Position numbers and translations under genes: made by a program. Positions 37,631 through 49,899 of a DNA stretch of 64,000 bases are shown piece by piece (position 1 is the stretch's first letter; each line of letters starts with the position of its first letter). The stretch lies in assembly GCA_030390025.1 (NCBI GenBank), contig CM059430.1:62744001-62808000 (forward strand), in the 5' to 3' direction. The notes under the pieces are model-generated. The model ran no database searches. It was not told where the DNA came from and saw nothing but the letters and a program-made list of their open reading frames with translations. Source of the DNA: Squalus acanthias (taxonomy: Eukaryota).

Positions 37631-39290
37631 GGCCCGGATTTTGCCATCAGCGGTGAAAGAACAGCGCTCGCCCTTCAGCTCATGGACAGTTGCCCACAGA
37701 GTTTTCGCGGGCTTCTCAGCAGAGATTTTCTCTAATATAGCGGGTTTATTTTGACCAAAGGGTGAAAACAGGCGCTAAATGGGTGCTGTGCTAATAAGAA
37801 ATGCATATTTGAAAGTCTGGATTTAACATGCAATTTTCAGGCTAATGAGTTTTGTAATTTAAACGTGCGTGCAGATGCTGAAACCGACAACTGCACATTT
37901 TGCACTCAACCGCTGATTAGGTGCAATTTTCCTGGAGCTGTACACATAGCCTGCACTCACCCACTTCCACTGATGGAGTGGAGTATGCTGGCTGGGCGAG
38001 AAGCCAACGTGGGAGGATGTATCATGGACCTAGCGAAAGGTGTAAGAATATAGGCTTATGAGGATATTTAGAGCGATTAGTCATTGCAGGAGTTAAATGA
38101 CCCTGAGCTTTTTGCTAGAACTGCTGTTCTGCAAAATCCACTGCTTTTGGACTCTCAGGATGATGTACGATCACAGGTATCATTGGTATTGCAAAAAATG
38201 ATTGTTATTACGAGGAGAGGGTGAAACAGAGGATTATTATAGCCAAAGGATGAAAATAGACGCTAAATGGGTGTAGTGATAATGACTAGCCTGATTGAAA
38301 GTCTGGATTTAGCTCAGAATTTTGGGCCTAATTGCCGATTACCATAATTTTAATTTGTCTGGAGGTGCTAAACCACAAACCTGCAGGTTTCGCACTCAAG
38401 TGCTGATTTTACGCAATTTTTTGTCAAGCAATACATGTGGGCTCCTCGCACCCACTTCCACTGAAGGTGTGGAGTGCTCTAGCTGGCACACAGAGGCACG
38501 TTGTAGGATGGCTCCGGGACCGAGGGAGAGGGTGCACAGGTTATCGGATGCGGCACTGGAGGTCCTGGTGAAGGTCTATAGGAGGAGGGATGTCCTGTAC
38601 CTGCAGGGGGGAAGGATGCCACCTCGCCGTCCTGTCCCTCTCTCCTGCAGCAGCTGGTGCTGCTCTGCCTAGCCTCATCTCCTCCTCCAATTAGTCATGC
38701 AGAACAAGGGGACCCCTAGCAAGATGCCCATGACCAAGCACTCTCTTTCTCCTGGTGACTCCTATAAGGTGCAGTGCAGTAGCACAGCACTCCCTCTTTT
38801 TCGGTGAAGTCCTCAGAGAATTTCCAGAATAAATGTTGCTCGAGTGTTAGTAAAGTCTTGATAAAATGTCCCAGAAAGTCTCCTGATGTGTCTCCAAAGT
38901 CCCCTTCAAACGCAATGTAGTCAGTCGATCTCAATCAGCAAGTGAATATTGAAAGCTGAGAATAGCTTCAAGTGCCGCTCAAAATCCTCAGCAACAACTT
39001 GTTTACTCCTGTTCAGCTGATCGCTGTTAGGAAAGGTTGCTAAATGAAGTTCATTTAGATGTTCTGACGAAGGGTTTGACCCGAAACGTTGACTCTGTTT
39101 CTTTCTCTTCGATGCTGCCTGACCTGCTGAGTATTTCCAGCACTTTCTGTTGTTTTTCAGATTTCCAGCATCCGCAGTATTTTGCTATTGCTAAATGAAG
39201 TGTTACCTAGCAAAATGGTGTGCAGATTCTTTAATGAGTGCTAGCAGACAATTTAATTGTCAATCAGCCCCTTAATGATTCTCTGGGCAG
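37631..39290. mobile_element. Internally deleted Harbinger-type element with a Myb gene fragment
   Basis: Begins ggcccggattttgcc after att; RERVHRLSDAALEVLV..RRRDVLY at ~38510-38620 resembles the 59020 ORF; right boundary uncertain. Confidence 0.5.
39059..39187 (+). mobile_element. Short Penelope-derived element with hammerhead core
   Basis: CTGACGA-a-gggt(ttg)accc-GAAACGTT; TSD ttgctaaatgaagt at 39037-39050 and 39188-39201. Confidence 0.75.
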
Positions 39291-39317
39291 ACGTTCCGAG
39301 CGCACTTCAACTTCTTT

Positions 39318-39875
39318 AGACTCGACTATTCCAAGGCTCCCTTGGCCAGCCTCCCACCTGGCACCTTGTGTAAACTTGAGTTCATCCAAAACTCTGCTGC
39401 CTATATCCTAACTCGCACCAAGTCTCATTCACCCATCACCCCTGTGCACACTGACCTACATTGGCTCGCAGTTCACCAACGTTTTTAAAATTCTTATCCT
39501 CGTTAAAATCCCTCCATGAACTCGGCCCTCTCTATCTTTGTGACCTCCAGCCTTACAACCCTCCAACAACTCTGGGCTCCTCAACTCTGGCTTCATATGC
39601 ATCCGACTCCCATTGCCCTATTGGCGGCTGTGCCTTCAGCCGTTTAGGCTCGAAGCTCTGGAAATCCGTCGCTAAGCCTCTCCACCTCTTCACCCCTCTC
39701 TCCTACTTTAAGGCCCACCTTAGAACCTACCTCTTTAACCAAACTTTTCGTCAGCCATCCTAATATCTCCTACTTTGGCTTGGTGTCCATTTTTGTCAGA
39801 TTACACTTCCGTGAAGTGTCTTGGGATGTTTTAAAGGCACGATATAAATGCAAGCTGTTGTTGTTATTGTTGTTG
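39318..39875 (+). mobile_element. L2-like LINE 3' end
   Basis: RLDYS..IQNSAA..LHWL region and tail tataaatgcaagctgttgttg. Confidence 0.7.
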
Positions 39876-40160
39876 CCAGCACATTAATCTGAATAATTGC
39901 GCCTGTAATGCACAAGATGGCACTTCGATGTTCTGTCCACCTTGCTGCAAACTTCAAGTCTGTCATTAAAATTCTCCCGACGCAATAGGGTGCCCATATT
40001 GACCAGTGAAAGTTGGAGCAAATTTAACACATTTCCTCAAAACCTCACTGAGCCCCCCTCCCCCAATAAAGAAGAGAAATAGGAAACCATCTAGAAGTTG
40101 GCTTCTCTACTGTAAGCACTGCACGTTACCACATCCAATATTAGAACTTGGACAGTGAGA

Positions 40161-40276
40161 GCGCTGCGCATTATCTGAACTTGGGAGTGTTAGCGCTGTG
40201 TCTTGTCTGAACTCATGAGTGTTGACAGTGTCCATTATCTGAAATCACGAGTGTTAGTGCTGTGCCTTATATGAAC
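40161..40276. repeat. 32-bp minisatellite, ~3.6 degenerate copies
   Basis: Units start at 40161, 40193, 40225 and 40257 (gcgctg..ttatctgaac..gagtgtta). Confidence 0.7.
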
Positions 40277-40443
40277 ACACTGTGGATTGTCTGAAGTCAG
40301 CAATGTAAAGAACTTCAGTGCAGCACTGCCAGTCAACAGCCTGATTGCCATTGACTGGATTCAATTACCACTGATTATTTCCACAGTCATTCTGCGCATG
40401 CCCCCCCCCCCCCCCCCCCCCCCGGTTTGTACTGCACATGCAT

Positions 40444-41617
40444 ACTCGATCCAGTCGCGCATGTGCAGTAACAAATGGTGCGGCGGCTGCGGCCTGCACC
40501 AGCGCGCTTTCGTCCGCTGCTTGCGGAGAAGGACAGGGAGTCGTGGGGGGAGAGGAGAGGGGATTGAAAGGAGCAGCAGAGCGGATCCAAGGGGGCAGGG
40601 AGGAGAGGGGAATCGAAGTGGGGGAGAGGAGCTGGGAGAGAGAGGAGCTCGGAGAGGGGGGGAGAAGGTCAGGAAGTTGTTGGGGGGAGCATAGTGAGAA
40701 CAGTGGGGAGGTAGGAAGAATATGATCCAGGTCTAAAGCGGGGGGAATGAGAGCAAGAACGTGATCCAGATGGGAAGATAGATCACGTTCTCCCGCCCTC
40801 TGTTCGGACTGGATTGCGTTCTTCCACCCCACCCCCTTTACACCTGCACTGTGTTCTCCCTCACCTTCCCCCCAGGCCGCAGCGGTTCAAGAAGGCAGCT
40901 CACTGCCACCCTCTCATGGGCAACTAGGGATGGACACCAAATAAATGAATTTTTAAAAGTGAGAGCATATTCTGTGTTAGTCATGCATAACATTATATTT
41001 GTGTTATTTGCCGAACTCGACAATTCCAATGCTCTCCTGGTCAGCCTCCCATCATGCAACCTCAATGAACTTGAGCTGATCCAAATCTCTGCTGCACGTA
41101 TCCTAACAGGCAGCAAGTGCCATTCACCCATCACCCCAGTGCTCGTTGGCCTACATTGGCTCATGGTCCACCAACAACATTCCCGCTGAGCTGTGCAGCT
41201 GTCTGGAGGTCCCGTGCAGGCCACTAACTGGCTTTTGAATGGGAGATTTTGCACATGCACAAAATTTTGAATGGGCCACGCAGCCTGTTAAAGGGACTGC
41301 ACACACAGAAATTATGGGGAATATTATCCACCAACACATTGATTTTAAAGTTCTCATCCTCATGATAAAGTCCCTCCATGGCCTCACTCCTTCCTATCTC
41401 AACTCGGCAGTGTGAGTGCTGTGAGTGCTCCTAACCCTGGAGGACGAGCCCTGTCCTCTGAAAGCAGTAGTGTAAGCACTGTGAGCTCTGAAGCCTGGCT
41501 GTCACAATGAATGGATCGAATTACACATTGCAAATATCTTGATTACTCTCCAACAGGCAGGACCAAATTACACATTCCAGACAAACTTTTGCGTGTATTG
41601 TGTCCTCCAAGGGGACC
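40444..41617 (+). repeat. Dispersed duplicate of 17577-18886
   Basis: Colinear from actcgatccagtcgcgcatgtgcag to gtcctccaaggggacc, including embedded repeat fragments. Confidence 0.85.
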
Positions 41618-43004
41618 AATAAGAAATCTGGTTTAGTCCTCCAAAGGGGACAAATCAGAAATTTGGTGTTGCAATAGACACGACATTAAATTACACATTC
41701 CAAGCAGAATGCTGGATGAGTGGTGTCCAATTACACCTCTCACTTCCCGACATTGTCAGTACTGTTCAACATTAGGTGAAACATCGTGTCCAGCAAACAT
41801 GCCCAAACTTAACACCAGTTAACAATCTGTTCACTGAGTGGCATTGCATCAAACTGCTTTCTGAACATTTCTTACCTAAACAAAATTCACCTGCCAATTT
41901 GTGTCAGAATTGAGATTTCTAATGTCTAACAATAAGGAAATGAAAAGCAAATAAAAATTAAATGAAGTTACATTTCCACTGAACAAGTGATTGGTGAGTG
42001 TACCAACATGCTCCTGACGTCAGCCTTGTAGAAGGTGGAAAGGTTTTGTGGCGTTGGGATGTGAGACATCCTTCACAGCGTGCCCAGCCTTTTCCCTGGT
42101 CTTCTACCCACAGTGGATATGGTTGGTTCAGTTCAGCATCTGGTCAATGGTGATGCCCTCCACCCCGCCCCCCCCCCCCAAATGTTGCTGATGAAGGATC
42201 AGTGATCTCATTGAAGATCAGGGGACGTGATTGGGTCTTTTCTTGGTGGTATAGCCTTTGCCTGACAATGATGAGGTGCAAATATTACTTGTCACTTGTC
42301 GGTCCAAGCCTCATATACTGATTTGGGTGAACTATAACCTGGTCCCGGGAGTCTGCAGGGATGTCAATGAAAGCTGCGCCCCCCGCCCACCATATCCCCC
42401 GATGCATCTTGAAACACAGAACAATAAACTGAGCAAGTGCACGAGTCAGAGAGTGACCATCTAGGAATGATGCGAGATTGTATCTGCCCCTGCCTCCTCA
42501 GTGTTGAGTCCTCTCAGAGTCAGTTTGCTTATGAATGGAGCCTGAAGCAAATGCTCAATTGCATTTAAGACAAAATACTGACAAAAGACCAATGGTCAAC
42601 AAGTGTCATAAGGGAAAGCAAAATTAAGTTTGAATAGAAATTAAACCATAGAGCTTAGTTGGCTTATGCTATTGGGAAATAAAGTAACTGGATGATTTGT
42701 TTGCCGTTATCTTTGATGCAAAGTATTGATGGTGGCTCATTAGTGATTTAATAGATTAGGGCAATTTCACAGCCAGACAATGGGATTTTATTCGCAAGTA
42801 TTCCAGATGGAATGGCATTGGCTGGTTTCACTTTGAAACAGACTCCACTTTTAATTCATCGTCTCCATCAAAATCAGTTTCCTCACACAACAGCTTGCAT
42901 CTTAATATAGTGAACAGCAATTCATGCATTAGTGTGTTGGTAAATCGGTATTAATATTCTAAAATAAAAATTACATACCAATAAAATATATTGAAAGGAT
43001 ATTG

Positions 43005-44360
43005 AACATAAGAATATAAGAACATAAGAAATTGGAGCAGGTGTAGGCCAGTCGGCCCTTCGAACCTGCTCTGCCATTTAATAAGATCATGGTTCATCTT
43101 CTACCTTAACTCCACTTTCCCACACTATCCCCATATTCCTTGGTTCCTTTAGTATCCAAAAATCTATCGATCTCTGTTCTGAATTTACTCAATGGCTAAG
43201 CATTCACAGCCCTCTGTGGTAGAGAATTCTAAAGATTCACAACCCTTTGTGTGAAGGAATTTCTCCTCATTTCAGTCCTAAATGGTCAACCCCTTATTCT
43301 GTGACTGTGATCCCCTAGTTCTAGACTCCCCAGCCGGGGGAAACAACCTCCCAGCATCTACCCTGTCATGTCCCTTAAGAATTTTATACAATTCAATGAG
43401 ATCACTTCTCAGTCTTCGAAACTCTAGTGAATATAAGCCTAGTCTACTCAATCTCTCCTCATAGGAAAATCCCCCCATCCCAGGAATCAGTCTCGAGAAC
43501 CTACATTGCACTCCCACTAAGGCAAGTATATCTTTCCTTAGGTAAGGAAACCAAAACTGTACGCAATACTCCAGGTGTGGTCTCACCAAGGCCCTATATA
43601 ATTGCAGTAATACGTCTTGATTCTTATACTCCAATCCTTTTGTAATAAAGGCTAACATACGATTTGTTTTCGTAATTGCTTGCTGTACCTGCATGTTAAC
43701 TTTCAGTGATTCATGTACAAGGACACCCAGTTCCCTCAGAAAACCAACATTTCCTAATCTCTCACCATTTAAAAAATATTCTGCTTTCTATTTTTCCTAC
43801 AAAAGTGGATAACTTTATATTCCATTTGCCATGATCTTGCCCACTCAATCAACCTGTCTATATCCATTTGCAGCCTCTTTGCATCCTCCTCACAACTGAC
43901 TTTCCCACCTAGCTTTGTATCATCAGCAAACTTAGATACATTGTACACAATTCATTGATATAGATTGCAAATAGCTGAGGCCCAAGCACTGATCCTTGCG
44001 GTACCCCATTAGTTACAGCCTGCCAATGCGAAATTTACCATAGAAGCATAGAAGATAGGAGCAGGAGTAGGCCATTCAGCCCCTCGAGCCTGCTCCGCCA
44101 TTTAATGAGATCATGGCTGATCATCCAAATTCAGTTTATTCCTAGTCACTGTTTTCTGTCCTTTAACCAATCCTTGCTAATGTTTACCCCCCCCAATCCC
44201 ATGAGCCCTAATTTTGTGTAATACACTCTGGTGTGGCAACTTATCAAATGCCTTATGAAAATTCAAATACACTACATCCACTGGTTCCCCCTTATCTATC
44301 TTGCTAGTTACAACCTCAAAACACTATAACAGATTTATAAAAAACGATTTCCCTTTCATG
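43005..44360 (-). mobile_element. CR1 LINE 3' portion
   Basis: LVRPHLEYCVQFW, tail repeats aacataag. Confidence 0.88.
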
Positions 44361-44844
44361 AAGATGAATTATAAGAATGATTTCTGTTTTTTTTACTTGA
44401 AATTGGCTGTGAGATAGGTCTGACTGGCATTCAAGAGGAAATAAAAGCAGACAAAATAAGTTACCACGAAGTGTTCTGTTTGCTCACATCCAGGCTTGCC
44501 ATTAAATGTGAATCCCGCTGCTTCTCAAACCGAAGCCAGTAGATAAATGTGTGTTGTTCTATTGTACTCTTCGGGCTGCACCAGTTATTTATCTCATGCC
44601 TAGTGCCAAGGACTAATCTGGAAACAAGTCTTGGCTTCCAACCAACTGAAGTGGAACCTTATATGGACATATTTGATAATGTAGTACTCTCCTGGATCCT
44701 GTCTAACTCCCTTGTTCCTATAACTTGCTCACTGGAAATGGCAATTTCACTCTTCTCCCCTAATCTTCAGATAATGGAAGATTAAGTATTTTGTTCCACG
44801 TGGTTTAGGCTATAATGCAAGAGTCAAGTTTATCAAAATGTAAA

Positions 44845-45803
44845 ACAACAATTGCATTTATATAGCACCTTTAACATAGTAAAACATTCGGAGCTGCTTC
44901 ACATGAGCACAATAAGATAAAAATTGACACCGAGCCAAAGAAGGAGATATTAGGACAGGTGACTAACAGCTTGATCAAAGAGATAGGTTTTAAGGAGATT
45001 CTTAAAGGAAGAGAGGTGGAGAGGCAGAGAGATTTAGAGAGGGAATTCCAGAGCGCATGGCCTAGACAGCTGAAGGCACAGTAGTGGGTTAAAGCAAGTG
45101 AGAGATGGAGAAGAGGTCAGAGTTGGAAGAATGCATAGTTCTCAGAGGGTGGTAGGGCTGGAGGAGGTTATAGAGATGGGGAGGGGCGAGAGCATGGAGG
45201 AATTTGCACACAAGGATGCAAATTTTTAAATGGAGGCGCTCAGAGACCGGGAGCCAATGTAGGTCAGTGAGCACAGGGGTGATGGATGAAAGGGGATTAG
45301 GTGCAAGATACAATATGGGGACCAGAGCTTTAGATGAGCTTAAATTTAGGAGGGTGGAAGATGGAAGGCCAGTCAGGAGAGCATTAGAATAGTTGAATCT
45401 GTAGGTGACAAAAGCATGGATGAGGGTTTCCGCAGGAGATGGGCTGAGGCAGGGGCGATATTTTGGAGGTAGTGGTGGAGGTGGGCTGTCTTGGTGATGG
45501 AGTGAACATGGGGTCAGAAGCTCAGCTCCAAGTCAAATAGGACGCAAAGGTTGTGAATAGTCTGATTCAGCCTGAGACAACCGATGGCTAGTGATCAGAG
45601 GTTCTGACAGGGGCTGAAAACAATGGACTTCCAAATGTTTAATTGGAGAAAATGTCAGTTCACCTAGGACTGAATGTCGAGCAAGCAGTCTGAGAACACA
45701 AAGGCAGTGGAGGGGTCGAGAGAGGTGGCGGTGAGTTAGGACCACGTACTTGTGGAACTTGATGTGCCTTTGTATGTTTTCGCCGAGGGGTAGCATGTAG
45801 ATG
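44845..45803 (-). mobile_element. L2-like LINE 3' portion, the target of the provirus insertion
   Basis: ITPVLTDLHWLPV; sequence continues at 57264. Confidence 0.75.
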
Positions 45804-47062
45804 TGTAAGGGGTATCTTAATGGGGTCAGCCTTCGCTTTCTGACACAGTGAGCGGCTCGAATCGCTCCCACACCCCTCTGGTTCCTAGACTTTGGACTTA
45901 TTTAGGGGTTGTGAACAAAATTGCAGTAAACAACAGGTACTGATGAAAGAATTTTACTTTATTAAAAGAAAAAGGTAAACTTGAAACACACTTATTACTT
46001 AAACACAGATTGGGGAGCACACGGTACAAGCGAGGGACAATGACAATATATCAAACAAAACCTTATCCCTCCCAAAGATCCCACTATCTAGCTAGGTTTT
46101 TGGTTTCAGGAGATCAGGGATAATGCTCACCAACGAATCCTTGACAGGATTTTAGAGTCTTTTGTTTAAAAGACTCCGTAAGGCCCTTGTTGCTGCGAGG
46201 TGTCCGATGGTCACTGAGGCAGTCGCTCTGGTTTCTTCTTGCGTGCTGGTCTATTTTCTGGCCTTCTTCCTCGTGGCTTGTGGTGGTTTTTGCTGGAGCA
46301 GGGAGAGAGCTGTGTCCACGTAGTCGGCGAGTCCGAAAGAGAGAGAAGTTATGGCACAGGCTTTTAATTATACTGTTTCTTTTTCGCGCCAAAAAAAACC
46401 CTTACTAAAACGGATTCCTTTAGGTTGCAAATGAACCGTGCTTAGTCCAATTGTTTAGTTTTGCCGGGCTTGCGAGTTCCGATGGCTTTTTCTCAGTGTT
46501 AAACATGTCTTGATCGTTTTCTGATTTAAACACAGCCTTATCTACGCGCCAAATCTCCACCCTATTGTCCTAGGTCTTTTGGCGGACTTTCTTAACTGCT
46601 CTGGTCGATACTTGGCTGATGGGTTTTTGATGGGATAATGGGCTATGAAACTGTGTGCTGGAAGTTTTATTGTCAGGAATCGGTTTTAGATTTCAAGCAT
46701 CCTGTTTGCACCTGGGGATTTCAATAGGGTTCTTGGTTTATTCATATTTGAATGTGTTTGTGAGTTTTTGCTTTGTCTCTTGCACCTTGGTAGGATTTGC
46801 AATGTAAACAATTCCCAGACAGCTTGATCTGTTCACTGCCTGGCCATGACCCTCGCAGCTTGTCTTGTGTCTGTGAAAGGTGTCTCTCCCAACAGTAAGA
46901 TTCAAAAGTCAGTTTCCTCAGGATTTTATCTTCCCTGATCTTTAGGTTTTTACACCAAATCACTTCACTTAGGTCCCATCATCCCAAGTTTTTATGAAAG
47001 GTCCAAAAATCACTCCCTTTAGGGCTCTGTTCGAGTTTCTGGGGGATTTGGCGAAGCCTACA
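45804..47062 (-). repeat. 3' LTR (1259 bp)
   Basis: tgtaagggg...gcctaca, adjacent to the PPT. Confidence 0.95.
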
Positions 47063-47073
47063 TCCCCCACTTT
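47063..47073 (-). promoter_or_regulatory. Polypurine tract
   Basis: AAAGTGGGGGA abutting the 3' LTR. Confidence 0.85.
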
Positions 47074-47344
47074 GATACTAAAACTGAATTAGTATCATTA
47101 GCAGGTGAGCAAAATTTCCGATCCCCGAAAACCAACCTTCCCCTGTATTACCTAAACTAAAAACCCAAACATACATTCCCCTTTTGAAAGTGGTGTTTCA
47201 GGTACATACAGGTAAGAATCTATCTTTATTTCACATCCAAGCACGGAGAGGGTCCGACACCCCTGCACAGCTTGGAAAAAACACATCATACACATCATAA
47301 AAATGACACAACACACATACAAATTTTTTATTAAAAGACAAAAT

Positions 47345-49698
47345 TCAAGGTTCGTTCCATCCCTGGCCATAGCCTTTATTTTGATGCACTTCCCAAGTCC
47401 CTTCGTGTCTGGAGCGGAGCTCCCCGTCCCTTCCGCTGCACTTTGTACACAGCAGGTAGAGAACTATCCCGAGCTGGCAGACCACCAAAAGATGGGAAGC
47501 CATCCTGATCCAGGAAGGCACCTCTATATTCCCGAAAATATCCCACCAGGGTGGAACTATTATATCCAAAATCTCTGCCCCTATTTCAACTGTTTTCTGT
47601 TCCAGGGTGTAGAAATGTTTTTGTGAAATCTCTACAGCTTTAAATAGGATGGTAAGATGTTCGGGTAGTGGGGGAATCTTATATCCAAAGTAAGTCACAT
47701 ACTTTTGCAGGTTGGTGATGTTTTCTGTTACAGTGAGGTTAACAGTGGAGGGTTCAGGAATGGGAACAATCCGTTCCTGGGCCACTTGAACTTCTGCCTC
47801 GGGTTTAAAGCAGAAACTGCTGTCACTTACCGGACACCAGAAGTGTCCATGCTGGTAGTGGGACGCACCTGTGGTGACACAATATGTCCCACCCCTTATA
47901 TATGCTACCTGTGAGGAAACATGGCTGTGTGCCATCACCTCCATGGTACAATTGATAGGTCGTGCGCCAGCAGCTTTAAACCCGCACTGTGGTTTGGAAT
48001 AGGCGTTCAAGTGCTGGGGACACTGTATTATGTGTGAACCCCGGCTCCGGCACCCGGAGAGCTCAGTACCTGTCATGGCGTGCTCCCACTTTATGACATA
48101 AGGTGGGACCGCTGTAAAACGGATGTGTGCACCCCTTGAATGACTCCAATGTTCTCCACCCTGTATACCGGTACGGGTCGGGCTGTCCCACTCATGACCG
48201 GCATTCTCACTACTATCCCCATGATAGTGTGATTTGAACGCCCACAATCTATTGGGACAGGGTAGGCTTCAGAGGCTAGACGAAATTGGCATGGGCTCAG
48301 CGAATTACTAAACGGGTGGAGGGCTGCGAGGTGCTTGTTGCTGATCCAGGAGGGGACTAAACCTTGCTTTAAATCCTCCAGGTTGCTACGGCCCTCGCCC
48401 AGCAACCATGCCCCGTACAGCACACACACCTCATTCTGTGCAGCCTGATCCGATGCATTCCTATCCTCCCGTATGAGTGCATTTACTGTTTTGGCATGCC
48501 TTTCCAATTCTGCAATAATTTCCTTTAAATGAACCGTCATAGCTTGGTCCTCATGTAGCTCTGAGCCTACCACTGTGTTCCCATCCTTCAGGATCTTTCT
48601 TAACTGGGTTTTTAAACCATTTATCTGTGTCTGTAATTCCATGTCATCCAGGCTATTTATTACAGAGGACCCTGTACTATAGGCAGTGAAAACATCATTC
48701 CAGGCTCCCCTTCTTTGTCTACCCGTGCCCATAGGGTTCTCAGGGTGTATTCTGTATAGCTCTACCTTGTCTATATTGGCAAAATCAAATTCGTAAAATT
48801 TCCTAAACATTTCCTTTAGCAGGGCCTGGTACAGCTGCTCCGTCTCCTTAGGACACCACTCAGGTAAGTATACCTCGGTAAGGTTTAATATTACTGAAGC
48901 TACTGCATAGTGCACCCCCTGGTATAGTACCTTTTCGGTTGGTACTAGGACTAACCCATTCCCTGGTCCCTTGGTGGTGGTAGGGCACTTTTCTTCCAGG
49001 GTTTTCGGTACCTGGGTCGTGGGTAGGGGCTTTCGGGTGTGTGCCACGAGTACAGTGGCATTAACTGGGACCGGAATGTGTGGGACCACGCACCCATGCA
49101 GGCTAGAATCCCACCCTATCCCCTCCCCGGCATCTTGCCATTGGCTGGAGAAGATGATGGATACCCCTGTGGGGCAGGCTTCCTCTGATCCCCACATACA
49201 AACATAGACTCCCTGTTCCGACTCCCACCACTTATCCCAACCATCACTCACTCCTCCTTGGGTCCCTGTGATTGTCCGGTGGGTGTCGTTCCCTAATCTT
49301 TCCCAGTCGGCTGTATGGTCCCCTGCGTCCCTGCTCAGCTTCCTGAGCCACCACCACCTATTCAGTGAAATCCGTCCCTTACAGGTAAGGCACACACGCT
49401 TCCCCTCGGTGACACTGACCCTTGTGGCAACGACCTGTATTCTGGGGCATGGGAGGGAGGCCTCCCCGTACGTGAACCCGGGCTGGTTGGAGTATTTAGT
49501 AGAGTTGGACCCCAGCCACCCTGGCCACCTTCCCTTGTGGAAGTAGATGGCGAGCTCCTCCACTCCCCGCTCACCACCCCCTGCGTTGACGACTGGTGCT
49601 CTCACTCCTGAGCACCCATAGATGTGGGAGTCCTCCACGTCACCTCGGTCACCGATGCTCACCCCTACCAGGGCGAGCAGGAGCAGAAACCTTGTCAT
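47345..49698 (-). pseudogene. env: env, ~784 aa class I fusion glycoprotein with N-terminal Ig-like domain; single frameshift at ~48133
   Basis: Signal peptide MTRFLLLLALVGVSIG, furin site RQRR (48720-48709), heptad region, Cys-rich region, C-terminal TM; candidate splice acceptor at 49712. Confidence 0.88.
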
Positions 49699-49899
49699 TC
49701 CGAAGTCCTTTCTGTAGGGGCACACACAAAACATATATCCATGTCCCAGAAAGGTTCTCTGGCTGGATAATTAATCAAGCCCTTAAACTTAAAAAAACTC
49801 TACAAACAACTAAACTAATGATAACCCATAACCACCAAAACTGCAATTACTTAAAACCGAAAATTCTGTACATTTGCCGCCCGTCTCCGGACGGCCAGG

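Noticed and set aside
40161-40276. 32-bp periodic repeat superficially like a CRISPR array
   Set aside because: Contiguous degenerate units without unique spacers, in eukaryotic DNA; an ordinary minisatellite
46114-46963. Short ORFs repeated in both LTRs
   Set aside because: No recognisable motifs, and near-identical copies are expected from LTR identity; cannot support accessory genes
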